Below, piece after piece: positions 30,084-40,442 of a DNA stretch of 64,000 bases (the stretch's first letter is position 1; each line of letters starts with the position of its first letter). The position numbers were made by a program, and so were the translations under genes. This DNA is from Clostridia bacterium. Lineage in GTDB: Bacteria > Bacillota > Clostridia > TANB77 > CAG-465. The DNA lies in NCBI GenBank assembly GCA_045536565.1, contig JAZSNU010000013.1:1-64000 (forward strand), written 5' to 3'. The notes beneath the pieces were generated by a model, which had not been told where the DNA came from, did not search any database, and worked only from the letters and a program-made list of their open reading frames with translations.

Positions 30084-30288
30084 TAAAACACTCCTCATCT
30101 AGTCTTCTAGTGCATTCTTCCCATGTTAGCCACTTATCCGGATTATTTAATTCTTTAATACCTTGTTTAGCCCTTAATATTATTTGTTTTGTTTGTTCTT
30201 TTGTTAGAAAATCCACATTATCAATCATAATCACATCATCAAAAATATTGTCTTCTATTTTATTAGTTAAACATTTTATTTTATCCAT
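30070..30288 (-). CDS. Putative antitoxin
   Basis: Small acidic ORF upstream of and overlapping the toxin; C-terminal WLTWEE motif. Confidence 0.6.
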   Translation of the reverse strand: MDKIKCLTNKIEDNIFDDVIMIDNVDFLTKEQTKQIILRAKQGIKELNNPDKWLTWEECTRRLDEECFNDSI

Positions 30289-30463
30289 ATTAACCCTCCC
30301 TCTCTTATATAATAGCACACATATAGACTATAAGTTGTACTATTAATACTATAAGCGTATTATATCATACAACCCCCTTGTTTGTAAATAAATATACTAA
30401 AACATTACAAAACTAGTCAGACTTTTAAAAATCTGACTAGTACATATTATTATCATATTTTGT

Positions 30464-31495
30464 CTATCTTTGTACTCTTCCAGAGCCATCTCCACCTGCT
30501 AATGTTTCTACTTCACTTCTTGTAACTAAGTTAAAGTCACCAGGTATAGTATGTTTTAAAGCAGATGCTGCTACACCAAATTCAAGTGCTGCTTTATATC
30601 CTTTATTATCTAAAAGTCCACATATAACTCCGGCTGCAAAGCTATCTCCTCCACCTACTCTATCTATTATTGGATGTATTCTATATTCTTTTGAATGATA
30701 AAACTCGTCATCATCTCTTGAATATATGCATGCTGACCAACCATTATCAGATGCTGATTTAGATACTCTAAGTGAAGATATAACATATTTAAAGTTGAAT
30801 TTTTCTACCATTTGTTTAAATATGCTTTCGTATCCTTTAAGATTTAATTCACCACTTGTTACATCTGTATTTTCAGGCTTAAATCCTAATACTTTATCTG
30901 CATCTTCTTCGTTTCCAATACATACATCTACATATTTCATAAGATTTGTCATAACCTTTTGTGCTTTTTCGCTTGACCATAGTTTTTTTCTAAAATTAAG
31001 GTCACATGATATAGTAACTCCTCTTTCTTTTGCTGCTTTACATGCAATTTCAGTAAGCTCGGCTGCAGCATCTGATATTGCAGGTGTTATTCCTGTAAAG
31101 TGGAACCAATCTGCACCTTCAAATATTTTATCGAAATCAAAATCTTCAGCTTTAGCTGTTGAAATTGAAGAATGAGCTCTGTCATATGTTACATTTGATG
31201 CTCTCATTGAAGCACCTGTTTCTAAGAAGTATATTCCTAATCTTTCTCCACCTCTTGCAATATTTTTTGTTCCAACATTATATTTTCTAAGTGCTGCTAC
31301 TGCACATTCACCTATTGGATTTTCAGGTACTTTTGTTACAAATTCTGCATCATGTCCGTAATTTGCAAGTGATACTGCAACATTTGCTTCTCCTCCACCA
31401 TAATTTATATCAAATTCGTCTGCTTGTATATATTTTTCATTGTTAGGTGTTGATAATCTAAGCATTATTTCACCCATTGTTACTATTTTTGCCAT
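30464..31495 (-). CDS. kdgK: 2-keto-3-deoxygluconate kinase (PfkB family)
   Basis: GEIMLRL, GGGEANVA, DLNFRKKLW, DRVGGGDSF, GRVQR end. Confidence 0.9.
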   Translation of the reverse strand: MAKIVTMGEIMLRLSTPNNEKYIQADEFDINYGGGEANVAVSLANYGHDAEFVTKVPENPIGECAVAALRKYNVGTKNIARGGERLGIYFLETGASMRASNVTYDRAHSSISTAKAEDFDFDKIFEGADWFHFTGITPAISDAAAELTEIACKAAKERGVTISCDLNFRKKLWSSEKAQKVMTNLMKYVDVCIGNEEDADKVLGFKPENTDVTSGELNLKGYESIFKQMVEKFNFKYVISSLRVSKSASDNGWSACIYSRDDDEFYHSKEYRIHPIIDRVGGGDSFAAGVICGLLDNKGYKAALEFGVAASALKHTIPGDFNLVTRSEVETLAGGDGSGRVQR

Positions 31496-31509
31496 TTATA
31501 TTTCCTCCT

Positions 31510-32166
31510 TTATTTATTCATTTCTTCTCTTGCTTTTTGAATATTTGCAATAAATTTCTTAGCTGTCTCAGTTATATCTTCATAATCACCAGTTTTTGCA
31601 CCTTTTGTAAGTGAAGAACCAGCACCTACACAAACTACCCCTGCCTTTATCCACTCATACACATTATCTACATCTACTCCACCTGTTGGCATCATTTGTG
31701 CTTGTGGAAGTGGTCCTTTTATATCTTTTATAATTCTAGGGCCATATAAATCTGCTGGGAATATTTTAACAATATCTACCCCTGCTTCCATTGCAGTTAT
31801 AACCTCAGTAATAGTTGCACAACCTGGCATATATGGAACACCATATCTATTACATAGTTTAGCTGTTTCTAGGTTAAATGATGGACTTACTATAAAATTG
31901 GCTCCTGCAAGTATAGCAATTCTTGCTGTTTCAGGATCTAAAACTGTACCTGCACCTAACATCATTTCACCATTTGGATATTTTTTAGAAAGTGCTGCGA
32001 TTACTTTATCTGCGCCAGGAACTGTAAAAGTAAGTTCAATACTTGTGCATCCACCTTTTAGACATGCATCACTTATTTTTATAGCATGGTCTTCGTTTTC
32101 TGCTCTTACTACCGCAACTAAGCCACAATCTTTAACATGAGCTAAAACTTTTTCTTTTGAAATCAT
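31510..32166 (-). CDS. eda: KDPG/KHG aldolase
   Basis: VAVVRA, GAGTVLD, VKIFPA, MPTGGV. Confidence 0.92.
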   Translation of the reverse strand: MISKEKVLAHVKDCGLVAVVRAENEDHAIKISDACLKGGCTSIELTFTVPGADKVIAALSKKYPNGEMMLGAGTVLDPETARIAILAGANFIVSPSFNLETAKLCNRYGVPYMPGCATITEVITAMEAGVDIVKIFPADLYGPRIIKDIKGPLPQAQMMPTGGVDVDNVYEWIKAGVVCVGAGSSLTKGAKTGDYEDITETAKKFIANIQKAREEMNK

Positions 32167-32223
32167 ATAGATACCTCCTTATATGAAATTTATGTTTAAA
32201 TTATATCATATTATTTTTATATT

Positions 32224-32535
32224 TTACAGTAAATTATCAAAATCTCTCTTACCATAAATAATATGTGCCAATTCAATTATATTATCTTCCACAGTATAAA
32301 ATATTGTAAAGTTACCCACCTGTATTCTATACCAACTATATTTACTATCTTTTTCTCTTTTATATATCTCATAACTTTTAGGACTTATCATCCTTCTTTT
32401 TATAGAATTTTCTATTTCATCTAATAATTTTTCAGTCGCTTTACTGTTTTTTAGAATGTTTGAAATATAATATATTATTTGCGAGAGTTCATCATCAAAA
32501 GAAGGAAGATAAATTAATTTATAATTATTCTTCAC
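32224..32535 (-). CDS. RelE/ParE-family toxin
   Basis: ELSQIIYYI, YRIQVGNFTIFY, IIYGKRD. Confidence 0.8.
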   Translation of the reverse strand: MKNNYKLIYLPSFDDELSQIIYYISNILKNSKATEKLLDEIENSIKRRMISPKSYEIYKREKDSKYSWYRIQVGNFTIFYTVEDNIIELAHIIYGKRDFDNLL

Positions 32536-32836
32536 TATTTATTATCCTCCTTAATTTTGAAAAGACCTCATCATGAGTTAAATATTTAGTATTTGGATCT
32601 TCTAGTTCTTTTTCCGTTTCATCTAGTAATTTATCAATATCAACATTTCCAAATTTTAATTCTAATGCTCTTTCCATATCAATTTCATTTAGCATACTTT
32701 CATACCTATCTATACTCATTACTACCATAGAGCCATATCCATTTTTGGTTAAATATACTGCTTGGTCTTCTTTTAACACCAATTCCTCTATCTCAGGATA
32801 TTTGTTTCTTAAATCTGACACTGGTCTAATATTCAT
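32525..32836 (-). CDS. Phd/YefM-family antitoxin
   Basis: IRPVSDLRN...VYLTKNGYGSMVVMS. Confidence 0.9.
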   Translation of the reverse strand: MNIRPVSDLRNKYPEIEELVLKEDQAVYLTKNGYGSMVVMSIDRYESMLNEIDMERALELKFGNVDIDKLLDETEKELEDPNTKYLTHDEVFSKLRRIINSEE

Positions 32837-32991
32837 ATTAACACCCCCTTGTATTTTGTTATCATAATTTTATCACAGTTGTGCCATTTTTACAATTATA
32901 TAAACACTAACTCCTATTAATATTTATAATATTTTTGTTAAATCGTACATTTATATAAACTATATGATATAATACTCGTGAGGTGTTTATT

Positions 32992-34164
32992 ATGATAAAA
33001 TTCTTTTTTAGAAGATTTGGTTTTATTATTGTTGGCATTGCTATAATTTTTATACTTAATAAATTGCCATATGAACAAAGTGAAAAAATATTTGATTTTT
33101 ATTTAAAGCATGAAGGAATAATATATTTATGTATAGTAGGTTTAGCATTATTTATTGCTTTCTTACCAACAATACTTTCTAAAATTATTGAACCTAAATA
33201 CATAAAAAACATATCACTCGAAAATGCTCCAATGGACTTTAAAAAAATATATGATGCTTTATATAGTTCTAATATAGATGAATTAGAAGCTTTAAGAAAA
33301 AAAGCAAAAACAAGAAAAATAATACAAACTTTTTTATTAACTATAATATTTATTGGATATGTATTCATGGATTCTGATAGAACAATAATTTCTCTTGAAG
33401 TAGATGGTATAATCGAAATTATTGCTGTAATTTCTTTTGTTATTTGGGGAATATTCACATATATAAATCATAAATCTAAAAACGAATACAAGTTATTGTA
33501 TAAAAATAACATTGTTTCAAGATTTGTTAAATTAGTAAATAGTAACTTAAACTATACACCTGATAAAGAGAAAAACAGCAATCTCTCTGAGGAATATAGG
33601 ATAGCAAATTTTGATAACAACTCTTTTAATAACTTCTATAATGATGATTGTATAGAAGGTAACATAGAAGATAATATATATATTAATGCTACTGATATAT
33701 ATGTAGAAAAAATCACAGGTAGTGGAAAAAATAGAACAGTAGAAGAATTATTTAAAGGTATATTTACATATACTAAAACTAACAAAAACATTAATTCGTT
33801 TATAAAAATAAGTAAAAACAAATATCATATTTTTAATAATGATTCCAAAATACAAATGGATGATAGCATATTTGAAAAGTATTTTGATGTATATTCAGAA
33901 GACAAACTATTAACAATGAGAATTCTTACCTCTGATGTTATGACTAGTCTAATGGATTTTTATAACAAATACCAATTAGAATTTGAAATAATGTTTAGAA
34001 ATGATACTATATATCTAAGATTTTTTACTGGCGAAATGTTTGAACCTAAATTATTCGGCAATTCGATGGATAAAGAGTTACTATTAGTATATTATGAAAT
34101 TTTAAAATTTGTAGTAGATGTTACTAAAAAAATTAATGTTACATTACAAGAGTTAGAAATATAA
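32992..34164 (+). CDS. Membrane protein, DUF3137-like
   Basis: N-terminal TMs, LFKGIF, FEKYFDVYSEDKLLTMRILTSDVM. Confidence 0.75.
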   Translation: MIKFFFRRFGFIIVGIAIIFILNKLPYEQSEKIFDFYLKHEGIIYLCIVGLALFIAFLPTILSKIIEPKYIKNISLENAPMDFKKIYDALYSSNIDELEALRKKAKTRKIIQTFLLTIIFIGYVFMDSDRTIISLEVDGIIEIIAVISFVIWGIFTYINHKSKNEYKLLYKNNIVSRFVKLVNSNLNYTPDKEKNSNLSEEYRIANFDNNSFNNFYNDDCIEGNIEDNIYINATDIYVEKITGSGKNRTVEELFKGIFTYTKTNKNINSFIKISKNKYHIFNNDSKIQMDDSIFEKYFDVYSEDKLLTMRILTSDVMTSLMDFYNKYQLEFEIMFRNDTIYLRFFTGEMFEPKLFGNSMDKELLLVYYEILKFVVDVTKKINVTLQELEI

Positions 34165-34301
34165 CTAAATTATATTTTTAAGATAAATAAAGTGCTTACA
34201 CTAAATAAGCACTTTATTATTTTGTATTTATTTCAATCAATAGCACCTTTCATATCAAATTTTATAATTTATTCGCAAAAGGCATATCAAAACACAACCT
34301 A

Positions 34302-35051
34302 TTACCCCAACCCAAATGATGAATAATATATATCTGTTTTTCCATTATTATATGTTACTACTAACTTTACACTTTCAATGCTATCACTTGTATTATATAC
34401 ACTTAATTGAGCATTAACACCTGTTGGAATTATTCTAAATTTATTTGAAGAAACCCCATTATAATTTTCAGCACTTATTTCATTACCAGCAAAATTTAAC
34501 AAATAAACATCTATATATTTTACATTCTGTGTCTGCTCAAAAGTAAAATTCATATCAATTCTATCATGCTCAATATCATAATCATGCCAATCATTTACTA
34601 AAACAGCAGGTAAATTTTCCAATCTTTCTTTTTCTGCTGCTGCTTTTTCTGCCGCCGCTTTTTGTGCTGCTGCTTTTTCTGCCGCCGCTTTTTCTGCTGC
34701 TGCTTTTCCTGCCGCCGCTTTTTCTGCCGCTGCTTTTTCTGCCGCTGCTTTTTCTGCCGCCGCTTTTTCTGCCGCTGCTTTTTCTGCTGCTGCCTTTTCC
34801 GCTGCTGCTTTTTCTGCCGCTGCTTTTTCTGCTGCTGCCTTTTCCTCTGCTTCTTTTTCCGCTGCTGCTTTATCTTTCTTCTCATCATTTTCACTAACAA
34901 TTTGGTTATCCTGCTTATCTACTTTGTTTTCAGTTGTCTTTTTACCAATAGAACTTAACCCCCACGCTAGTGATATTCCTACAAATAATATAAAGAAAAA
35001 TATCATTAATCCTAGTACCACATTATATTTTTTATCCTTTTCCATTTTCAT
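34302..35051 (-). CDS. Membrane-anchored protein with (AAAEK)16 helical stalk and C-terminal beta domain
   Basis: N-terminal TM, tandem pentapeptide, about 105-aa globular C-terminus. Confidence 0.85.
   Translation of the reverse strand: MKMEKDKKYNVVLGLMIFFFILFVGISLAWGLSSIGKKTTENKVDKQDNQIVSENDEKKDKAAAEKEAEEKAAAEKAAAEKAAAEKAAAEKAAAEKAAAEKAAAEKAAAEKAAAGKAAAEKAAAEKAAAQKAAAEKAAAEKERLENLPAVLVNDWHDYDIEHDRIDMNFTFEQTQNVKYIDVYLLNFAGNEISAENYNGVSSNKFRIIPTGVNAQLSVYNTSDSIESVKLVVTYNNGKTDIYYSSFGLG
34630..34869 (-). repeat. 16 copies of a 15-bp coding tandem repeat
   Basis: Unit approximately TTTTTCTGCCGCCGC with synonymous variants. Confidence 0.95.
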
Positions 35052-35131
35052 ATCCCCTCTCTTTTGTATAAAAAAAGTTTATCATATCGATAAAAATTTA
35101 TCAACATAATAAACTATTTTTTTACTTTTTT

Positions 35132-35995
35132 CTATTCATCCGGATTTATATGCACTAATGTATCATATATTTTATTATTTTCTCTCATTTTTTCACGTAT
35201 TTTACCAGCTATTTTATGGCTTTCAGATACTGTCATATTAGGATCTACCGATATTTTAACAATCAACATATGTTTATCGCCAGTAGGTTTTGATTTTATT
35301 GTATCTATATGATTTACTCCATCAAATTGCATTATTTGCTCTTTTACTTCTTCTGATATATTTGTATCAATACATTTATCAATTAAAATATCATAAGCTT
35401 TAATTGCAATTTTTATTCCTGTAATTACAATAACAACTGATATTATACTTCCTATTATCCCATCTACAAAATAATAACCATAATATCCAAATATGATACC
35501 TATAAGTACGCCTGTTGAAATTAGCACATCATTTCTATGATCATCTGCATTTGCAGAGATAAGAAGGCTATGTTTTTTCTTACCTACTCTTTTTACATAC
35601 ATGTATAATACTGTTTTTACAACTATTGTTATAACTGGTATTAACGCAAGTAAATATGATACTTCAAATTGCTTGTTTTGTATAACAGAAAGAATCGAAC
35701 TATACAAAGTATCCATAGCAACTATTATCATAAATATTCCTATTAAAAAAGATGCAACATATTCTGCTTTTCCATGTCCAAATTCATGGTCTTCATCTTC
35801 TGGTTTTTCTGCTATTTTTCCACCTATTAATGTTATAGCAGAAGAAAACACATCCCCAAAGCTATTTACAGCATCTGCTATAAGTGCTTGAGATTTAAAA
35901 AATATTCCTCCTAAAAATTTCATACTAAGAAGGAATAAGTTGGCAATTATTCCAAGTATGCCAACTTTTTTTACTTCTTTTTTTATTTCATTCAT
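35132..35995 (-). CDS. Cation diffusion facilitator (FieF-like)
   Basis: ALIADAVNSFGD, HEFGHGKAE, DHRND, VHINP. Confidence 0.88.
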   Translation of the reverse strand: MNEIKKEVKKVGILGIIANLFLLSMKFLGGIFFKSQALIADAVNSFGDVFSSAITLIGGKIAEKPEDEDHEFGHGKAEYVASFLIGIFMIIVAMDTLYSSILSVIQNKQFEVSYLLALIPVITIVVKTVLYMYVKRVGKKKHSLLISANADDHRNDVLISTGVLIGIIFGYYGYYFVDGIIGSIISVVIVITGIKIAIKAYDILIDKCIDTNISEEVKEQIMQFDGVNHIDTIKSKPTGDKHMLIVKISVDPNMTVSESHKIAGKIREKMRENNKIYDTLVHINPDE

Positions 35996-36007
35996 ACATA
36001 TCCACCT

Positions 36008-38062
36008 CTATTTAGATTTTTTAGCTGTGGTTTTTTTAGCTACTTTAGTGGTCTTAGTTTTTTTAGTTGTGGTTTTCTTTTTAGTAGTTTTTTTCTTTTT
36101 AACTTTCCCTTCCTGACTAGGTTTGTTCCAAGAAATATAGTCACATGTTTTGTTTTCATCGTTTGTATTATTTTCGCAAACATAAAAACTTCTTCTTGTC
36201 TTTGTTTTCTTAACTATAATCTTGCCTCCACATCTTGGACAAGTTTCATTTATTTCTTCTACAATAGGTTTAGCATTTTTACATTCGGGATATCCTGGAC
36301 AAGCTAAGAATTTTCCAAATCTTCCTTGCTTTATAACCATATTTTTTCCACAGAATTCACATATCACATCAGATACTTCTTCTTTTAATTTAACTCTTTC
36401 TATTTTGTCTTGTACTTCTTCTAGATTCTTTTTAAACGGATCATAGAATTCATGTAACATCTTAATATAATCAATATTACCTTCTGATATTTCATCTAAT
36501 TTATTTTCCATACCAGCTGTAAAAGTTATATCAACTATATCCTCAAAATGTTTAACCATAATATCATTTACTACTTCACCTAAATCAGTTGGTACTAAAT
36601 GCTTATTTTCTTTTTCTACATATAATCTATCTAAAATTGTAGATATTGTAGGTGCATATGTACTTGGTCTTCCTATTCCCTTTTCTTCTAGTACTTTTAC
36701 AAGACTTGCCTCTGTGTATCTAGAAGGTGGCTCAGTAAATTTTTGCTTAAATTCTATTTTTTCTTGTTTAAGTTCTTCATTTTGATTTACTTCAGGAAGC
36801 TTTCTATTTTCATCTTCTTCGTTTGACTCTTCTTTTGTCTCAATATATAACTTCATAAAACCATCAAACTTTATAGTACTTCCATTTGCATGGAATATAT
36901 AATCATTTGCATTTATAACTAGCTTAACTGTATCATAAATTGCAGGTTTCATTTGGCTTGCTAAAAATCTATTATATATCAATGTATATAACTTTAACTG
37001 GTCTTTATCTAAATTTAATTCATCTATATTTCCAAGCGATGTTGGCCTTATAGCTTCATGCGCATCTTGTGCTCCTGATTTACTTTTAAACACCCTACTC
37101 ATATAATATGAAGATCCAAAGTTTTTAAGAATGTATGCTTTTGCCATACTTGCTGCATCATCTGATATTCTTATAGAGTCTGTTCTCATATATGTAATAT
37201 GTCCTGCTTCATATAGTCTTTGAGCAATCATCATTGTTTTCTTTACAGGAAAACCAAACTTTTTAGATGCATCCTGTTGAAGACTAGAAGTTGTAAAAGG
37301 TGCAGGTGGATTCTTCTTCTTTTGGCTTTTTATTACATCTTCTACTATATATTTTTTTCCATCCACTGCATTTACAATTTCTTTTACTTGCTTTTCATTA
37401 GTTAATGCTATTTTGCCATTTTTATCTCCGTAAAACTTAGCAAATATTTGTGCATCACTATTTTGTTTGTTTAATAATACACTTAAATCCCAGTATTCTT
37501 CTGGCTTAAAGTTTCTTATTTCATTTTCTCTATCCATTATAATTCTAAGAGCAACTGATTGAACACGACCTGCGCTTAATCCTCTTTTTACTTTTTTCCA
37601 TAAAAGTGGACTTATTTGATATCCAACTATTCTATCTAATATTCTTCTTGCTTTTTGTGCATTAACTAAATCCATATCAATAGTTCTTGCTTTTTTTACT
37701 GCTTCTATAACTGCTGTTTTTGTTATTTCGTTAAATGCTATTCTACATTTTTCATTTTCATCTATTCCAAGTTCATTTCTTATATGCCACGCTATTGCTT
37801 CACCTTCACGATCAGGGTCACTTGCTAAGTATATAGCCTCTTTATCTTTGGCCTCAGCCTTTATTTCTTTTATAATGCTAGCTTTCCCTTTCATTTTTAT
37901 ATATTCTGGTTTAAAGTCATTTTCTAAATCTACACCCATACGACTTGCAGGAAGATCAATTATGTGTCCTTGCGACGCTATAACTTCATAATCTTTACCT
38001 AAATATTTTTTTATAGTTTTAGCTTTAGATGGTGACTCCACTATTACTAATTTTTTAGCCAC
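36008..38062 (-). CDS. topA: DNA topoisomerase I
   Basis: LVIVESPSKAKTI, DPDREGE, SAGRVQS, ITYMRTD, Zn ribbons, Lys-rich tail. GTG start overlaps the glyA stop. Confidence 0.97.
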   Translation of the reverse strand: MAKKLVIVESPSKAKTIKKYLGKDYEVIASQGHIIDLPASRMGVDLENDFKPEYIKMKGKASIIKEIKAEAKDKEAIYLASDPDREGEAIAWHIRNELGIDENEKCRIAFNEITKTAVIEAVKKARTIDMDLVNAQKARRILDRIVGYQISPLLWKKVKRGLSAGRVQSVALRIIMDRENEIRNFKPEEYWDLSVLLNKQNSDAQIFAKFYGDKNGKIALTNEKQVKEIVNAVDGKKYIVEDVIKSQKKKNPPAPFTTSSLQQDASKKFGFPVKKTMMIAQRLYEAGHITYMRTDSIRISDDAASMAKAYILKNFGSSYYMSRVFKSKSGAQDAHEAIRPTSLGNIDELNLDKDQLKLYTLIYNRFLASQMKPAIYDTVKLVINANDYIFHANGSTIKFDGFMKLYIETKEESNEEDENRKLPEVNQNEELKQEKIEFKQKFTEPPSRYTEASLVKVLEEKGIGRPSTYAPTISTILDRLYVEKENKHLVPTDLGEVVNDIMVKHFEDIVDITFTAGMENKLDEISEGNIDYIKMLHEFYDPFKKNLEEVQDKIERVKLKEEVSDVICEFCGKNMVIKQGRFGKFLACPGYPECKNAKPIVEEINETCPRCGGKIIVKKTKTRRSFYVCENNTNDENKTCDYISWNKPSQEGKVKKKKTTKKKTTTKKTKTTKVAKKTTAKKSK

Positions 38063-39282
38063 TAGTTTTTATACCTCCCTACTATTTCTGCTACGATTTC
38101 TTTTGATTTTAATATATTTTCTTCTGATTTAGATAATGCTAAATCAATAGCTTCTGCTAAATCCATCATGTCATTTTCTTTAAGTCCTTTTGTAGTACAA
38201 GCTGCTGTACCAATTCTAATACCACTAGTTACTTTTGGTGACTCAGTATCATTTGGCACTGCATTTTTATTTACAGTTATATTTACATTATCTAAAATTT
38301 CTTCTGCCTGCTTTCCTGTTAGGCCTTTATTTCTTAAATCAACTAGCATTAAATGATTATCTGTTCCGCCAGATACTAAATTATATCCTCTTTTTATTAG
38401 TTCATCAGCTAAACATTTTGCATTTAATACCACTTGTTTTGCATATTCTTTAAATTCCTCTGACATTGCCTCTTTAAAGCATACTGCTTTACCCGCAATA
38501 ACATGTTCAAGTGGTCCTCCTTGTATTCCAGGAAATATTGTTTTATCAATCTTCTTGCCATATTCTTCTTTACAAAGAATTAACCCTGAACGAGGTCCTC
38601 TTAATGTTTTGTGTGTTGTTGATGTCACAAAGTCAGCATAAGGCACAGGCGATTCATGCTCACCTGCTGCAACTAAACCTGCAATATGTGCCATATCTAC
38701 CATAAAATACGCACCTATTTCGTCTGCTATTTCTCTAAACTTTTTAAAATCTATCTTTCTTGGATATGCACTAGCCCCAGCTAAAATAAGTTTTGGTTTA
38801 TTCTCTATCGCTTTTTGTCTTACATCTTCATAATCAATATATCCGTTATCATCAACACCATATGATATAAAGTTATATAGTTTCCCTGAAAAATTAACTT
38901 TACTTCCATGTGTTAAATGTCCACCATTTGATAAATCCATACCAAGTACAGTATCTCCTGGATTTAGCATTGCCATATATACAGCCATATTAGCCTGACT
39001 TCCGCTATGTGGCTGAACATTTGCATATTCTGCATTAAATAACTTCTTAGCTCTTTCGATTGCCAAAGTTTCTATACCATCTATATTTATACATCCGCCA
39101 TAATATCTTTCATTTGGATATCCTTCTGCATATTTATTTGTAAGAATACTACCTACTGCTTCAAGAACACCTTGACTTACAAAGTTTTCAGATGCAATAA
39201 GTTCTATATTGTTATTTTGTCTTTTTTCCTCTTGTATAATTAAGTTATATATTTCATTATCATTTTCTTTTAGATAGTTCAT
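38062..39282 (-). CDS. glyA: Serine hydroxymethyltransferase
   Basis: [31 protein letters not shown]. Confidence 0.97.
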   Translation of the reverse strand: MNYLKENDNEIYNLIIQEEKRQNNNIELIASENFVSQGVLEAVGSILTNKYAEGYPNERYYGGCINIDGIETLAIERAKKLFNAEYANVQPHSGSQANMAVYMAMLNPGDTVLGMDLSNGGHLTHGSKVNFSGKLYNFISYGVDDNGYIDYEDVRQKAIENKPKLILAGASAYPRKIDFKKFREIADEIGAYFMVDMAHIAGLVAAGEHESPVPYADFVTSTTHKTLRGPRSGLILCKEEYGKKIDKTIFPGIQGGPLEHVIAGKAVCFKEAMSEEFKEYAKQVVLNAKCLADELIKRGYNLVSGGTDNHLMLVDLRNKGLTGKQAEEILDNVNITVNKNAVPNDTESPKVTSGIRIGTAACTTKGLKENDMMDLAEAIDLALSKSEENILKSKEIVAEIVGRYKN

Positions 39283-39403
39283 TTAATCACTTCCTAACTA
39301 TATATCTCTTAAAGATATACATGCAATCTCTTGCATTTTGTATTATATACAATATATAATATATAGTCAAGATAAGTATATTATGAATTTTAAGGAGTTG
39401 TAT

Positions 39404-40009
39404 ATGAAATTTGTAGAAAAACAAATATATGAGAATGAAATTTTTGAAGATATAGTTTATGAAGAAACAGAATTTAAAAGTTGTACCTTTATTTCTTGTA
39501 AATTTAAAAGTTGTGATTTTTCAGAAGCAAAAATATTAAATTCAAGATTTGAGTCTTGCCATTTATATATATGTGATATGAAAAATATAGAGTGTGTAAA
39601 TTCTGCATTTACAAATTGTAATTTTGAAAACACCAATTTATTTTTATCTACATTCAAAGAATGTAAAATGACTGGTTCGAATTTTGCAGGAAGTACTACA
39701 ACAGGACTTAATATATTCGGTGGTGACTTTTCTTATACTAATCTTAGAAATATGTCATTTAAAGGTCATAAATTAGAAAATATATCATTTGAAAGGGCAG
39801 ATTTATCTGAATCTATATTTGAAAATGCTATACTTAGAAATGTTAATTTTACATACGCTATTTTAAACAAATGCAACTTTAAAAATGCAGATTTAAGAAC
39901 ATGTAATTTAGCATACACACCAGTTAAAAATATGTTTTTTGAAAATACAAAAGTGGATTTAGAAACATCTGTAATGATTTCAGAGGCTTATGGAGTTATA
40001 TGCACATAA
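39404..40009 (+). CDS. Pentapeptide-repeat protein (Qnr/MfpA-like fold)
   Basis: Continuous (C/A/S)-(D/N)-(F/L)-x-x repeats; start chosen after AAGGAG. Confidence 0.85.
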   Translation: MKFVEKQIYENEIFEDIVYEETEFKSCTFISCKFKSCDFSEAKILNSRFESCHLYICDMKNIECVNSAFTNCNFENTNLFLSTFKECKMTGSNFAGSTTTGLNIFGGDFSYTNLRNMSFKGHKLENISFERADLSESIFENAILRNVNFTYAILNKCNFKNADLRTCNLAYTPVKNMFFENTKVDLETSVMISEAYGVICT

Positions 40010-40043
40010 AAAATTATCGGCTATATTAATAGCCGATTTAATT

Positions 40044-40319
40044 TTACTTTTTCGCGATTTTTTCACTATCATCAACAAATGCAATTCCAAAAGGATGATT
40101 ATCATTATCCACTTCATTTAAAACATCTTTACGTGTTTTCATACAAGCAGTACAATAAGATGTTTTTAATATTTGCATCAAATGATTCCAACGCTTTACA
40201 GCAAAACACTTTTCATTTTTATAAATTATTTTACCGCATTTTCTACATATTCTTGTATTTTTACTTGTTATTTTTTTTATGTAACACATTCTAATTAAAA
40301 CTTTAAAGAACTTATACAT
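40044..40319 (-). CDS. Small putative zinc-ribbon protein
   Basis: CRKC...CTAC, GGAGG RBS. Confidence 0.55.
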   Translation of the reverse strand: MYKFFKVLIRMCYIKKITSKNTRICRKCGKIIYKNEKCFAVKRWNHLMQILKTSYCTACMKTRKDVLNEVDNDNHPFGIAFVDDSEKIAKK

Positions 40320-40442
40320 ACATTTTCCTCCTATATAACATATTAATATTACATTTATTATTTATATTTTACCATTTGATTATATCATAAATGTCAATAA
40401 TACATCGAAAAATACCAGCTAAATATAGCCGGTATTTTGTTT

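Noticed and set aside
34598-34958. Cys/Arg/Phe-, Leu/Pro- and Lys/Gln/Arg-rich ORFs, and a possible CRISPR array
   Set aside because: Alternative frames of the 15-bp coding repeat; there are no spacers.
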